A model generated the notes under the pieces. The model searched no databases. It was not told the DNA's origin and was given only the letters and a program-made list of their open reading frames with translations. This document shows, piece after piece, positions 1 through 8,886 of a stretch of 64,000 bases of DNA. The DNA is from a virus (Duplodnaviria; Caudoviricetes), in the IMG/VR virus record IMGVR_UViG_3300005512_000025, positions 1,863-65,862 of that record, one strand, 5' to 3'. A program made the position numbers and the translations under genes. Within the stretch, counting starts at the first letter, position 1; every line of letters begins with the position of its first letter.

Positions 1-212
1 GAGGTATCCACATCAGCCAGGGTGTCGATGCTCTCGACGGCAACAACGCCACGCCCAACAGGAAAGAGGACACCACTGTCGGCAGTGTAGAACCTGTCCT
101 GGTCGATTGCGTAGATAAACTCACCGTCACCGAAAGCCGTGCTGTTCGCATTCAGGTCGGCAAAATTACCCCTGGCGATACGAATACTATTCCTGGGTGA
201 AGGTACTGGCAT
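1..212 (-). CDS. Tail fibre-type protein, N-terminal part (runs off window start)
   Basis: Read by hand: MPVPSPRNSIRIARGNFADLNANSTAFGDGEFIYAIDQDRFY; same N-terminal motif as the ORFs at 9284-11461 and 11492-11815; late motif at 236-245 upstream. Confidence 0.75.
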   Translation of the reverse strand, partial: MPVPSPRNSIRIARGNFADLNANSTAFGDGEFIYAIDQDRFYTADSGVLFPVGRGVVAVESIDTLADVDT

Positions 213-244
213 TGCCTTTGAAAATCGTTGTCCAGCTAGGATTC

Positions 245-1966
245 CTACGGGGTCGTGAGGCCGCCGTCGATCACCTCGCTGTCTGTTGCAGCAGTATTGC
301 CATTCGTGAAGTTGCCGCCATCGTAGAGCCTATTGGTAATAGCAGTTCCAAGCCCAGTAGTGAAGTTGCCAGCGTCAACAGGCTCGTTGAACGCAACACC
401 AAGAGCCGAAAGCGCGTCAATTAGCTTGACCCATGTACCCGATGCCCTGACGTAGTAATTACCATCCTGTGGTGCTTCCTCGACACCAGTCGCGCTGCCG
501 TTTACAGTAACAACGCCAGTGCCACCTACAGGATCTATGGTGATATTATCACCAGCAACGATCTGAGTGACTCCTGCATCAGTAATGTACCCAGAGTCAT
601 TGCTTAGCTCGCTGATATTATCGCCTGGCTGCAGGGCAGTGTCAGCAGTAGCACCTTGAGCAGCGGTGGCATAGTCTGCATCATTGAAGTCAGTGATGTC
701 GGCTTTTATCAGCGTCACATCCCCTGTCTTGCCAGCAACGGAGGTAACGGGAACACTCGGCACTTCCGCGACCGTGATGTAGCCAGCATCGTTAGCAAGG
801 TCGCTGATGTTATCGCCAGGCTGTACAGCGCTATCGGCGAGACTACCCTGAGCAGAAGTAGCGGCGCCCACGTCTGCAGCTGTGAGCACCACGGCTCCCG
901 TCTGTCCGTTGACGCTGTCCACTGGGGCATCCTGGGCCACGTCGCCAGGGACCCACTCCGATCCGTCCCAGATCAGCGCCTGATTGACATCGGGGGCTGT
1001 TGTTGAAGTATCTACGTCAGACAGGTCATCAATAGACCCAACCAAGGACTGGGTTTCCGCTGTCCAGTTCCCAGTCGCCGTACGATAAACAAGGATATCA
1101 CCGTCTTCAACCCCACTTGTGTCGGTATCAAGCAGGCCAGCCAGTGTCGAAGAGCTGCTACCGTCACCACCTGAGGACTGGACCCACTGACCGCTGTCAG
1201 TATCCACGTACCAGACGTACATGACACCAGTACTGCTCTGCCACCACTGGTCACCCTCCTGGAGCTCAGAACCATCATCACGGGTATCTGGGGCCGTGTC
1301 GGAGATGATGACACCTTCGCCATCGCCAGCACCCCCGCCAGATCCCGTTAAGGGCATGACCTGTGGAACATACAGGTTTGTCCACTCGGCACCGCTCCAC
1401 ATGAGCACCTGACCCTTTTGCAAGGGGATGCCACGATCTACGTCCTTCAGTTCGAACAGACTTGTTTCAGTAGCGTCAATATCCTTGCCGTCGGCGCCAT
1501 CCCTGCCATCGATACCGTCTACACCGTCTTTTCCTGGCCTGCCGCTGCTCACCAACAGCATCTGATCCTGTACGTCCTCTACAAGGCTCTGGAAGCGCTC
1601 TTCGTACTGCGTCAGGTCTACTTGTGCCGTTTTAGTCTTGGGAGCCTCTGGAGCCCTCTGAGTGTTGACAGAGAGAAAGTCGGTAGTGGTAATCGTCGTC
1701 AGCAGGCCCGACGCCACTTTGACGGCTGGCAATAGCTTCGTAATTTCCGCCAGAACAAGGTCGTCAAGCTCACTGCCGTCAGACTCAATCCAGATGGTCC
1801 AGGTTGCTTCGAATTCGTCAACAGATGGGAAACGATTGACGTATATAAACAGTCCCTCAGCACCACTTAGTGACGGCTTACTATCTGCAATCGAAAGCTT
1901 TGCAGACAGGCGGATGATCTCACTGCCGCCGAGTATTCTCAGGATGTCGGCGCTAGAAAGGATCAT
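245..1966 (-). CDS. Virion fibre/structural protein with collagen-like and low-complexity repeats
   Basis: 589-aa ORF; start set at M17 (1966), 20 nt below the late motif at 1986-1995; GxxGxDG repeats, LxDLxDV repeats, C-terminal DGGNF motifs. Confidence 0.75.
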   Translation of the reverse strand: MILSSADILRILGGSEIIRLSAKLSIADSKPSLSGAEGLFIYVNRFPSVDEFEATWTIWIESDGSELDDLVLAEITKLLPAVKVASGLLTTITTTDFLSVNTQRAPEAPKTKTAQVDLTQYEERFQSLVEDVQDQMLLVSSGRPGKDGVDGIDGRDGADGKDIDATETSLFELKDVDRGIPLQKGQVLMWSGAEWTNLYVPQVMPLTGSGGGAGDGEGVIISDTAPDTRDDGSELQEGDQWWQSSTGVMYVWYVDTDSGQWVQSSGGDGSSSSTLAGLLDTDTSGVEDGDILVYRTATGNWTAETQSLVGSIDDLSDVDTSTTAPDVNQALIWDGSEWVPGDVAQDAPVDSVNGQTGAVVLTAADVGAATSAQGSLADSAVQPGDNISDLANDAGYITVAEVPSVPVTSVAGKTGDVTLIKADITDFNDADYATAAQGATADTALQPGDNISELSNDSGYITDAGVTQIVAGDNITIDPVGGTGVVTVNGSATGVEEAPQDGNYYVRASGTWVKLIDALSALGVAFNEPVDAGNFTTGLGTAITNRLYDGGNFTNGNTAATDSEVIDGGLTTP

Positions 1967-2042
1967 GCCCGTTATTTGTCTCCAGCTAGGATTCCGACGG
2001 CCCTTGTTTGGCATCCTACGGCGACGTCATTCATTTCGAACC

Positions 2043-2192
2043 ATGGAAGTAGCCGCAATTGTGGGCCTCGTCCTCTTCATTATCTCCGAGATCCTGCCAT
2101 ACACCCCCCTCAAGGGTAACGGCATTGTTCAGCAAGTCCTGAGCACCGCTCGTGAGATCTTCCCCCATAAAAGCCACACTGACCTGAAGTGA
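2043..2192 (+). CDS. Small membrane protein (holin-like)
   Basis: MEVAAIVGLVLFIISEILPYTPLKGNGIVQ: one hydrophobic helix plus SE-LP--P-KGNG motif; GGCATCCTA motif upstream. Confidence 0.55.
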   Translation: MEVAAIVGLVLFIISEILPYTPLKGNGIVQQVLSTAREIFPHKSHTDLK

Positions 2193-2521
2193 GCCGTCGT
2201 ACCTTCACGGTGACCGAGACCCTACAAGCGCTGACTGTTGAAATCATTCGGCGCTTGTGGGATCAAGGTAAATACAGGGACAACAAGTGGCTCCGCCTGT
2301 GTCACGACAACTGGATCGGCATCTGGATTGACTGGAAAACTCAGGCAACCATGATCAATGTTGACCAACAGGCAAAAGATTTAACACCTCCTCCAGAAGT
2401 TATCAAACCGATATACTGGGGAGAAGAAGAAGGCGAAACGCCACTAGGAGGCCCCATTGGATTCACCTACAAATTTGACGATGCACCAAGCAGTGCAGAT
2501 CCTCTACAAGGGCCAGAATAA
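2189..2521 (+). CDS. Hypothetical protein
   Basis: 110-aa ORF with GTGA overlap to the upstream gene. Confidence 0.6.
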   Translation: MSRRTFTVTETLQALTVEIIRRLWDQGKYRDNKWLRLCHDNWIGIWIDWKTQATMINVDQQAKDLTPPPEVIKPIYWGEEEGETPLGGPIGFTYKFDDAPSSADPLQGPE

Positions 2522-2660
2522 CGTCAAGCTCATGGCGAACGCCATGGATGTTAGTCTGGAAGTAATGCAAAGCGAGCTCAACAAGTATGTCGCCGCAACA
2601 CCCATCGACGAAGACATCTGGCGCGGAGACGTCGAGCCCTCCTGGCCGCACATCACATAG
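2481..2660 (+). CDS. Hypothetical protein
   Basis: MHQAVQILYKGQNNVKLMA..., coupled to neighbours. Confidence 0.55.
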   Translation: MHQAVQILYKGQNNVKLMANAMDVSLEVMQSELNKYVAATPIDEDIWRGDVEPSWPHIT

Positions 2661-2895
2661 ATACAAGGAGACCTGGCAGGATCACCTACGCCACGTTGCC
2701 AACCTGTTCTTCGTCTTATCGTTCGTCAACTTCGAGAACGGTAACGTCATGACCGCCTCAGCGTGTACGCTTACTGGCGAGCTTCTTCTTGCTCCGTCTG
2801 CCCTTAAGCATAGATCCTGGAGCACTGTGGCTACAGGAGCACTTTTTATTGGTCTTGCGCTTTCTGCTCTTGGCAGAGGTCTGTTGGGCAGTTGA
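2587..2895 (+). CDS. Small multi-pass membrane protein, start codon uncertain
   Basis: Hydrophobic C-terminal ~78 aa similar to the ORF at 58153-58464 (GELLLAPSALKHRSW vs GQILLIPFALKHRAW). Confidence 0.5.
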   Translation: MSPQHPSTKTSGAETSSPPGRTSHRYKETWQDHLRHVANLFFVLSFVNFENGNVMTASACTLTGELLLAPSALKHRSWSTVATGALFIGLALSALGRGLLGS

Positions 2896-3055
2896 CAGAG
2901 GAAGGGGCATGATAGAGCCAGTTAGGAATAAAGTGAAGATACTGATCGGCCCAACCTAGGGCCTTTTTTGTTAGCCGCGTTGTCACTGGCTTAACGATAG
3001 CCTCCATAAATGCTATGGCAACCAAAGTGTCGATAACAACTCTGATGTCGCTCAT
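2846..3055 (-). CDS. Hypothetical protein
   Basis: 69-aa ORF with ATGA overlap to the upstream gene. Confidence 0.5.
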   Translation of the reverse strand: MSDIRVVIDTLVAIAFMEAIVKPVTTRLTKKALGWADQYLHFIPNWLYHAPSSVNCPTDLCQEQKAQDQ

Positions 3056-3219
3056 TTGGTTGGAAGCGGCGTCATCAAGGCTAGCAGCAGCGTAACGTAG
3101 GTTTCCGCCGCTCTCTGGAACTCGGTAGGCTTGTCAGAACGAAAGCCCAGAAAAGCAAGATGCGAGGACATCAGAACTCCGAGCAAAGCAAGTGCCCACG
3201 TTTGCTTGTTGGCCGTCAT
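3052..3219 (-). CDS. Small membrane protein
   Basis: Read by hand: MTANKQTWALALLGVLMSSHLAFLGFRS..., 55 aa, ATGA overlaps at both ends. Confidence 0.55.
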   Translation of the reverse strand: MTANKQTWALALLGVLMSSHLAFLGFRSDKPTEFQRAAETYVTLLLALMTPLPTK

Positions 3220-3482
3220 TTCCTCTTCGCCCTTCCGCCAGCACCGTTCCGAGCACGGTTCTTAGAAGCCGACTCCTTTACGAGCTTACCCTTCTTGGTA
3301 TGGCTCATGTCCTTGCCATCGCCATTCCCGTAGGTGCCAGCCTTGCGGTTAGCTTTGTTCAGCTTGCTGCGATACTTGCGCCGTTCAGGAGTGCTGTGGT
3401 AGGCCGTGTCGTACTTCTTTTTCTTCGCACGAGCCTTTGGGTTGCTGGCGTAGTATCGGGCGCTACGTGACTTGGCGGCCAT
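3216..3482 (-). CDS. Basic protein typical of phage late regions
   Basis: K/R-rich 88 aa with GNGDGKDMSHTKKG motif; late motif GGCACACTAA upstream. Confidence 0.7.
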   Translation of the reverse strand: MAAKSRSARYYASNPKARAKKKKYDTAYHSTPERRKYRSKLNKANRKAGTYGNGDGKDMSHTKKGKLVKESASKNRARNGAGGRAKRK

Positions 3483-3539
3483 TCTTAACCTACGTGTACG
3501 TCTTAGTGTGCCAGTTCGCGGCAGCCTAGGTTAGTGAAC

Positions 3540-4166
3540 ATGCCAAATGTGACAACCCAACGCAGAGAGACCGATTGGAAAGGAATCCTGTCGAAGGCTT
3601 TTGTCAAGTTTTTTCTTGAGAGACCAGGTTCTCTCGACGAGGCTGCACGCAGGGTATTAGCCATCTCGTTTTCACTTGGGGTTGGTATCACGGCATACTC
3701 AGTTGCCAGGAATCCAGTCAACCTGATGGAGGCTTTTCGGGTTCCCAGGGAACAGCGCTCTATTACGCATATCTTGGCCGCTGACGAAAAGGTTAGAGAA
3801 TCTGTAATTCGAGAGCTCGAGGAATGGTTTTATGGGCACCGCCCTCACGGCTTGATGCTCGCTGCCTGGGACCGTTTAGACGAAGTGGTTGGAGTATGGG
3901 TTAGACCCAGGTCAGGTTTAAGCGTAAAGCCAGGAACGCAGCCCCTCATAGCGGAAATGAGGGAGCTTGGTGGACACTTTATGTTTGGAGAGTGTCACGA
4001 CATGCCTTCAAACTCAATGCCAGGTAAACGGCTAGTCGCTTGCCCCATCTTTAACGGGTACGACGTCTGGGGCTGGATCGGGGCTGTCGTAGACCAAGGG
4101 GAACTGGACTACATGACCCGATCCCTGAGGAACCTTAGTTCAAGGCTCCAGAGAATCATCTACTGA
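3540..4166 (+). CDS. Membrane-anchored protein with possible GAF-like domain
   Basis: One TM segment, then C-terminal LVACPIFNGYDVWGWIGAVVD; GGCAGCCTAG motif upstream. Confidence 0.6.
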   Translation: MPNVTTQRRETDWKGILSKAFVKFFLERPGSLDEAARRVLAISFSLGVGITAYSVARNPVNLMEAFRVPREQRSITHILAADEKVRESVIRELEEWFYGHRPHGLMLAAWDRLDEVVGVWVRPRSGLSVKPGTQPLIAEMRELGGHFMFGECHDMPSNSMPGKRLVACPIFNGYDVWGWIGAVVDQGELDYMTRSLRNLSSRLQRIIY

Positions 4167-4346
4167 GACCTCGGACCTTGGCTGAGTCATGTACTCAATT
4201 GGCGTACCTTGCCTGATTAAACTCCGCAACGCTTGCTCTTGGTTTGAATGCAGGACCCCCAAGGCAAGAGCAGAAGCCATGGAGCATGAGGACAACACAA
4301 GGGAAACAGTGACCAAGTGACTGCGCCCGCAGGATTTGGTTTTCAC
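4140..4346 (-). CDS. Hypothetical protein, possibly exported
   Basis: GTGA overlap with upstream gene; hydrophobic N-terminal half. Confidence 0.35.
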   Translation of the reverse strand: MKTKSCGRSHLVTVSLVLSSCSMASALALGVLHSNQEQALRSLIRQGTPIEYMTQPRSEVSVDDSLEP

Positions 4347-4543
4347 AACCCTGACCCGTCAAGGTTTTTCTGTCCAGGCTCGTAACCAAGACCTTCAAGC
4401 CCTGTTACGGGATCAGAGATGTTCCGCTCCACGGACTTTGAGGGCAACGCAGCATTTGCGTCGGCATCGATATTGACCCCGTCAATATAGCGGGGTCCTT
4501 CGCTGTACGTCACTTCAAAGTCAGACATGTTGATTAATTGCAT
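4343..4543 (-). CDS. Hypothetical late protein
   Basis: MQLINMSDFEVTYSEGP...; GGAATACTAA motif just upstream. Confidence 0.6.
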   Translation of the reverse strand: MQLINMSDFEVTYSEGPRYIDGVNIDADANAALPSKSVERNISDPVTGLEGLGYEPGQKNLDGSGL

Positions 4544-4568
4544 TTGTTTTCTTAGTATTCCCTGAGAA

Positions 4569-4922
4569 TCAGAGAGCTGCCTCGATTTCCTTACACTTAG
4601 CAAAGATCTCAGCCTTCGGAAGAGCATTCTTCAGGTCATGGCCATGATCCATCGCCCAGTCGAGTAGCTCGGCCTTAGTCATGTCCTCAAGCGCATCCTC
4701 TTCTGCCTGAGGCTCGGTCAGCGAGTCGGTGCTATCGTAGGCATCTCCACCAGCCTCTACAACGATCTCGGGCTGCTTCTCGATGAACTTTCTAGCCTCG
4801 GCTTTTTCACCCTCTTCTGCAAAACCTGCGGCAAGAAACTCCCGAGCCTGAATGGTGTAGTATGCAGCAAGACGCTCGTCACCCTTGACGAACCAGGTAG
4901 GAAGCTTCTTGAGGTGAGCCAT
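4569..4922 (-). CDS. Head-region protein with C-terminal Rho-N/HeH-like helical motif
   Basis: C-terminal LEDMTKAELLDWAMDHG...KAEI; late motif at 4943-4952. Confidence 0.6.
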   Translation of the reverse strand: MAHLKKLPTWFVKGDERLAAYYTIQAREFLAAGFAEEGEKAEARKFIEKQPEIVVEAGGDAYDSTDSLTEPQAEEDALEDMTKAELLDWAMDHGHDLKNALPKAEIFAKCKEIEAAL

Positions 4923-4960
4923 GATCAGAAATACTTTACTTTCTAGTATTCCAGGGCATT

Positions 4961-4986
4961 AAAAAAGAGGGCTTTTGGCCCTCTCT
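4961..4986 (-). terminator. Rho-independent terminator
   Basis: AGAGGG/CCCTCT stem followed by T-run on the minus strand. Confidence 0.7.
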
Positions 4987-5011
4987 TTCTATTCAGTTGT
5001 CAGGAGCGGGA

Positions 5012-5344
5012 TCAGCGCTTAGGTCCGTCAACCAGCTCATAGAACACGCCGCCCACGGAGCCAGCAGAGAGGCTGTAGATGACGTTGTTGTTAGCGGAGC
5101 AGAGAGCGCCACGGACGTGAGCAATCACAACACCGTTGGGATCAGCGTCAGCCGCTGCCAGGACGACGACTTCGCCGCCAAGGGTCACGGTAGCGTCGCC
5201 ACCAGTCAAGCCCACAGCGATCACGCGGATGGTCTTAGCGTGCTCGAGGGTGGTTGCCGCGGCAACAGCAGAGGTGGTGATTTCGCACTCAGCGTCAAGG
5301 TTGAAACCTTCGCGAGGGAAAAGGCCAGTAGAACGTGCAGCCAT
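5012..5344 (-). CDS. Putative capsid decoration/cement protein, paralog 3
   Basis: MAARSTGLFPREGFNLD...ELVDGPKR; downstream of the major capsid gene. Confidence 0.6.
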   Translation of the reverse strand: MAARSTGLFPREGFNLDAECEITTSAVAAATTLEHAKTIRVIAVGLTGGDATVTLGGEVVVLAAADADPNGVVIAHVRGALCSANNNVIYSLSAGSVGGVFYELVDGPKR

Positions 5345-5419
5345 TGTAAGGTTACAGAATGAAGGACAAAGATGCCAAACTTACCGTAGCGAGTTTTGGC
5401 TTACTCACTAGAATACCGA

Positions 5420-5818
5420 TCAGCGGGCAGGGCCGTCCACCAGCTCGATAAACATGCCGCCAATGGCGAGCTGCTCACCAGTACCAGTGTTATTAGCGCC
5501 TTGAGTAATGGAATAGTCCACATCGTTGCCAGTAGTGCCAAAGCCACGGTGGTGGGCAACGTAGACTCCATTTGGATCGGCCTGTGCAACAAGATCGGCA
5601 GCGGTGACGCCGTAAATCTTATCGCCAACCTGGTAGCCGAAAACAGCAGAACCACCATCTCCGACGGCGGGAGTGACAGTGGGCGCCAAGATGATCACAC
5701 GATAGGTGCGAACGTTGGCCATGGTCACAGGCGCTGGAGTAGTGGAGGTCGTCACTTCAAAAGCGCTGTCAAGGTTGAATCCTTCGCGGGGAAAGATTCC
5801 AGTAGAACGTGCAGCCAT
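5420..5818 (-). CDS. Putative capsid decoration/cement protein, paralog 2
   Basis: MAARSTGIFPREGFNLD...ELVDGPAR. Confidence 0.6.
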   Translation of the reverse strand: MAARSTGIFPREGFNLDSAFEVTTSTTPAPVTMANVRTYRVIILAPTVTPAVGDGGSAVFGYQVGDKIYGVTAADLVAQADPNGVYVAHHRGFGTTGNDVDYSITQGANNTGTGEQLAIGGMFIELVDGPAR

Positions 5819-5838
5819 GATGAAAAAGAAGAGAAGGG

Positions 5839-6222
5839 TTAGCGTGAAGCGCGGTCAACGAGTTCCAGGTACACGGCGTCGACAGAGGCGGCACCAGTGT
5901 TCAGGATTACCTGGTATGCAACATCCTGAGTTTTTCCGTCAAGCAATGCCCCACGGATGTGGTCAATGATGATGTTAGAACCAGGCTCGGTGTAAGGAGT
6001 GTTTACATCGTAAGTTCGACTGATACTGTTGGCCGTGTCGAAGTCAATAGTGATTTCGGCATCTCCAGTAATCAGAGGGTTGATCAGAATGATGCGGATG
6101 GTCTTGGCCTTGGAAAGGTCACCCAAAAGGGAAATACCGCCACCTGCGTTCTCGGGAACCTGCATCTGTGCATCCAGGTTAAAGCCCTCGCGGGTGAACA
6201 GTCCTGAGCTGCGAGCAGCCAT
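5839..6222 (-). CDS. Putative capsid decoration/cement protein, paralog 1
   Basis: MAARSSGLFTREGFNLD...ELVDRASR. Confidence 0.6.
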   Translation of the reverse strand: MAARSSGLFTREGFNLDAQMQVPENAGGGISLLGDLSKAKTIRIILINPLITGDAEITIDFDTANSISRTYDVNTPYTEPGSNIIIDHIRGALLDGKTQDVAYQVILNTGAASVDAVYLELVDRASR

Positions 6223-6278
6223 GATAGTTAAAGCAGGTGTTCGCTCTAGTCTTCCAGAACAGCTTTACAGCCTGCCAT

Positions 6279-6302
6279 AAAAAAAGGCCCCCGAAGGAGC
6301 CT
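6279..6302 (-). terminator. Rho-independent terminator after major capsid gene
   Basis: GGCTCC-TTCG-GGGGCC followed by a T8 run. Confidence 0.8.
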
Positions 6303-6323
6303 CAGTAGATCTAGGAGGATAGA

Positions 6324-7217
6324 TCAGGTAGGATCAACAGTAGCGTTGACGCCAGCCACGCGAGCAGCGGCACGGCCATTGATCAGGGCCAGGCCACAGT
6401 ACCACTCGACGCGGGTGATCATCTGGGGCTGGTCGAAGCTCTCGCCCAGTTCGCGGACGTTCACGCCACCGTTCTGGATGCCAGTCAGGTGATCGTTGCC
6501 GAAGGACACGACGTAGAGGTCCTGAGCAGCAGGGTTGCTGTCGAGGATAGCCACGTTCTTGTTGTCGCGATCCAGCTCAAGCAGGGGCAGGCCCATGTAG
6601 GAGGTCTGCTGGTAGCCGAACTCGTTACGACCGATTTCGATCTGGCCGTTGGTGCGAGCCTGACGGGTCAGAGCGCGACGCATGGACTTGGAGCACACGA
6701 TGTACTTGTTGCCACCCTGAGCGTCCACGTTGTCGATAGCCTCGTCAAGCACGCCCAGGTCCAGAGCACCACCGCCGTTGGTGAAGTACTGGGAAGAACC
6801 AGAGACGATACGAGCGGCCAGGCCGTCGAACTCGGAGGGGGACTGGTTGGAGTCGCCGTTGATGAACAGAGCTTCCCAAGCCATGCGCATTGCACGAACG
6901 CGGGACTGGATCTGATAAGCCTTGGCTTCAGCGCCTTCAAGTTCCACGATAGCGCGGTCAACCTTGATGTCGCCACCGAAGAGCTTCAGGCTCTCGGACT
7001 GCTGGCTCACTTCAGCGTAAGACTCAGCCAGGGCGCCGTTGTAGTTACGGAAACCGACATCGGGAAGGCTCTCTTCACGCTTCCAGAACAGGCCGTTGCC
7101 TTCGATGGAGCGGAAGGGGAGAGCAGACATGAGCTGACCAGCGGCCAGTTCGGTTACAACAGCCAGCTCCTGAGGAGTCTTGGCGTGCTTTTGAGCTTCG
7201 AGCAGAGTTAATGCCAT
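6324..7217 (-). CDS. Major capsid protein (HK97 fold)
   Basis: 297 aa directly after the scaffold; MALTLLEA...REESLPDVGFRNYN...FGGDIKVDRAI...FDGL; strongly biased codons. Confidence 0.9.
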   Translation of the reverse strand: MALTLLEAQKHAKTPQELAVVTELAAGQLMSALPFRSIEGNGLFWKREESLPDVGFRNYNGALAESYAEVSQQSESLKLFGGDIKVDRAIVELEGAEAKAYQIQSRVRAMRMAWEALFINGDSNQSPSEFDGLAARIVSGSSQYFTNGGGALDLGVLDEAIDNVDAQGGNKYIVCSKSMRRALTRQARTNGQIEIGRNEFGYQQTSYMGLPLLELDRDNKNVAILDSNPAAQDLYVVSFGNDHLTGIQNGGVNVRELGESFDQPQMITRVEWYCGLALINGRAAARVAGVNATVDPT

Positions 7218-7263
7218 TGTACTAAATACCTAAAAGATGAAAGGTGAAAAGGTTTGGGTGATT

Positions 7264-7331
7264 GAGTCGCCCAGCGTCGCGCTGATTGTCTCAGGACACC
7301 CTGTCCAGTTCGCCTCATCACGAGCCGACCC
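7264..7331 (-). ncRNA. Structured 5' leader of the capsid gene
   Basis: Outer stem GGGTCG/CGACTC enclosing three hairpins: CTC-GTGAT-GAG, GGACA-GGG-TGTCC, CAGCG-CGA-CGCTG. Confidence 0.45.
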
Positions 7332-7369
7332 TTAAGGGTATCATCTACAAGTAGAATACCTATACCAAT

Positions 7370-7394
7370 AAAAAAGGGCCCCCGAAAGGGCCCC
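7370..7394 (-). terminator. Rho-independent terminator after scaffold gene
   Basis: GGGGCCC-TTTC-GGGGGCCC followed by T6. Confidence 0.75.
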
Positions 7395-7426
7395 GTATGA
7401 TTCCGTCTGAGAGTCAGTTCAGTTTA

Positions 7427-8152
7427 TCAGCCGCCAAAGGCTTTTTTGAACAGTGCCTCACGGGAGAGGTTGGACAGATCCTCGGTAGGCATACCGTTGG
7501 CATCAGTACCGCCGTAGCCGATTCCAGCACCAGCACCCTTAGGACCCTTGAAGAAGGTGCCATAGATAGGGTGGACCTTGTAGGAAGCGATGAAGTCCTC
7601 AGCGGAAATACGCTTTCCAGACTCCTTGTCCAGCACAGGGTCGCCAGCTGCGTCAACCACGGTCAGGGAGCCGTCGGCCTCCTGGCGGAAGTTGCCACCC
7701 ACCTGCTGTGCCATCATGTCGAAGAACGACACGCCATCAGCAGCGTCAGTGCGGCCACCAGCGGAATAGAACACCTTCTCGAGGGCGTACTTCTTCTGGT
7801 AGTCCTGGAGCGCAGCCTTGGCAGCAGCGGCCTCTTGGGCGGCAGCTTCGGCTTGCTTGCTGTACTTGAGCTCGATTGCTTCCTTGGCTTCACCGAACTG
7901 AGCCTGCACGCGGGCGGCTTCAGCAGCTTCGGCCTGGAGCTTAGTGTATTCGTCGGGATTGATCTCGGCGAACTTCTCGAGCTGGGACTTACTTTCCTTC
8001 AGGTCGCGCTCGTACTGCTTGCGTGCTTCACGCTCAGCCTTAAGAGCCTTCAGAAGGTTCTCTGCTTCCGAGCGAGGCATCATGTCGTCGCCTGCTGGAG
8101 CGGGTGCGGAGGTCTCGGCTCCTGTCTCAGGAGTGAGGTTCTCGTCAGCCAT
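7427..8152 (-). CDS. Capsid scaffolding protein
   Basis: 241 aa, acidic coiled coil (LKALKAEREARKQYE), ends EDLSNLSREALFKKAFGG; directly upstream of the capsid gene. Confidence 0.8.
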   Translation of the reverse strand: MADENLTPETGAETSAPAPAGDDMMPRSEAENLLKALKAEREARKQYERDLKESKSQLEKFAEINPDEYTKLQAEAAEAARVQAQFGEAKEAIELKYSKQAEAAAQEAAAAKAALQDYQKKYALEKVFYSAGGRTDAADGVSFFDMMAQQVGGNFRQEADGSLTVVDAAGDPVLDKESGKRISAEDFIASYKVHPIYGTFFKGPKGAGAGIGYGGTDANGMPTEDLSNLSREALFKKAFGG

Positions 8153-8210
8153 GTTGTATGCCAGGGATCACCCCTGGGCGAATGTTACGCAGCTAGTATG
8201 CCTAACGTTA

Positions 8211-8885
8211 TCATCCGCCGTTCTGGGTGAGGAAGAGTGTCGGGATCGTGGCCGCAGGGAAAACCGTAGCTGAAGGATCGTTGTAGATGTTAAATGATAC
8301 AGGCCTAGACCCTAGCCAGTTGTTCGTGGCTGATGAATAGCCGTTTTGAATGAAGAGGAGCCCGATAGCTCCAGAAAAAGCTCCGTAGGCAGGATTGACG
8401 TCATTCTGAACCTTCAGGTAAAGCACGTCCTGTTCTCCACAGATGAAATCAAAGCCAGCAGGTTCATAGTCCGCGCCAGTAAGCAGTAAAAATTCTGCCG
8501 TTGTCAACTTGTCGTAAACACCTTCCACCCCCGTCTCCTTGCAATTCAGGCCAGTACAGCGATTACTGCCGACGTGAACCCATTCAATAGGAGTGCAGCT
8601 GTAGCCTAAGTTAGAGAGAATTTTCTGACGGTCGTTGGCGGAGCCGTCGTAGTCTGGGGGAGCCGACTCAAAGCAGAAACGACCGCTGCGGCTATAGAAT
8701 ATGTAGTCAACCAGCCAGGTGGGAGAAGAGGGGAGGCCTGCGATACATTCGCACAGCTCTTCGTCGAAATCTTCGTTGGACTCGCTACACGGATTAGCGC
8801 AGGGGTATACACTCCCCTCGTTGACACCACGGCAGCACTTGCACTTCCGATCGCAAGTGGACATGTCAGGTACGGTTAACGGCAT
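8211..8885 (-). CDS. Cys-rich virion-region protein
   Basis: N-terminal CDRKCKCCRG...CANPC...ELCEC cluster. Confidence 0.65.
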   Translation of the reverse strand: MPLTVPDMSTCDRKCKCCRGVNEGSVYPCANPCSESNEDFDEELCECIAGLPSSPTWLVDYIFYSRSGRFCFESAPPDYDGSANDRQKILSNLGYSCTPIEWVHVGSNRCTGLNCKETGVEGVYDKLTTAEFLLLTGADYEPAGFDFICGEQDVLYLKVQNDVNPAYGAFSGAIGLLFIQNGYSSATNNWLGSRPVSFNIYNDPSATVFPAATIPTLFLTQNGG

Positions 8886-8886
8886 G

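Noticed and set aside
6489-8230. Long antisense ORFs opposite capsid and scaffold (also opposite nrdJ, primase, terL, helicase)
   Set aside because: Shadow ORFs produced by strong codon bias on the coding strand; no motifs or RBS.
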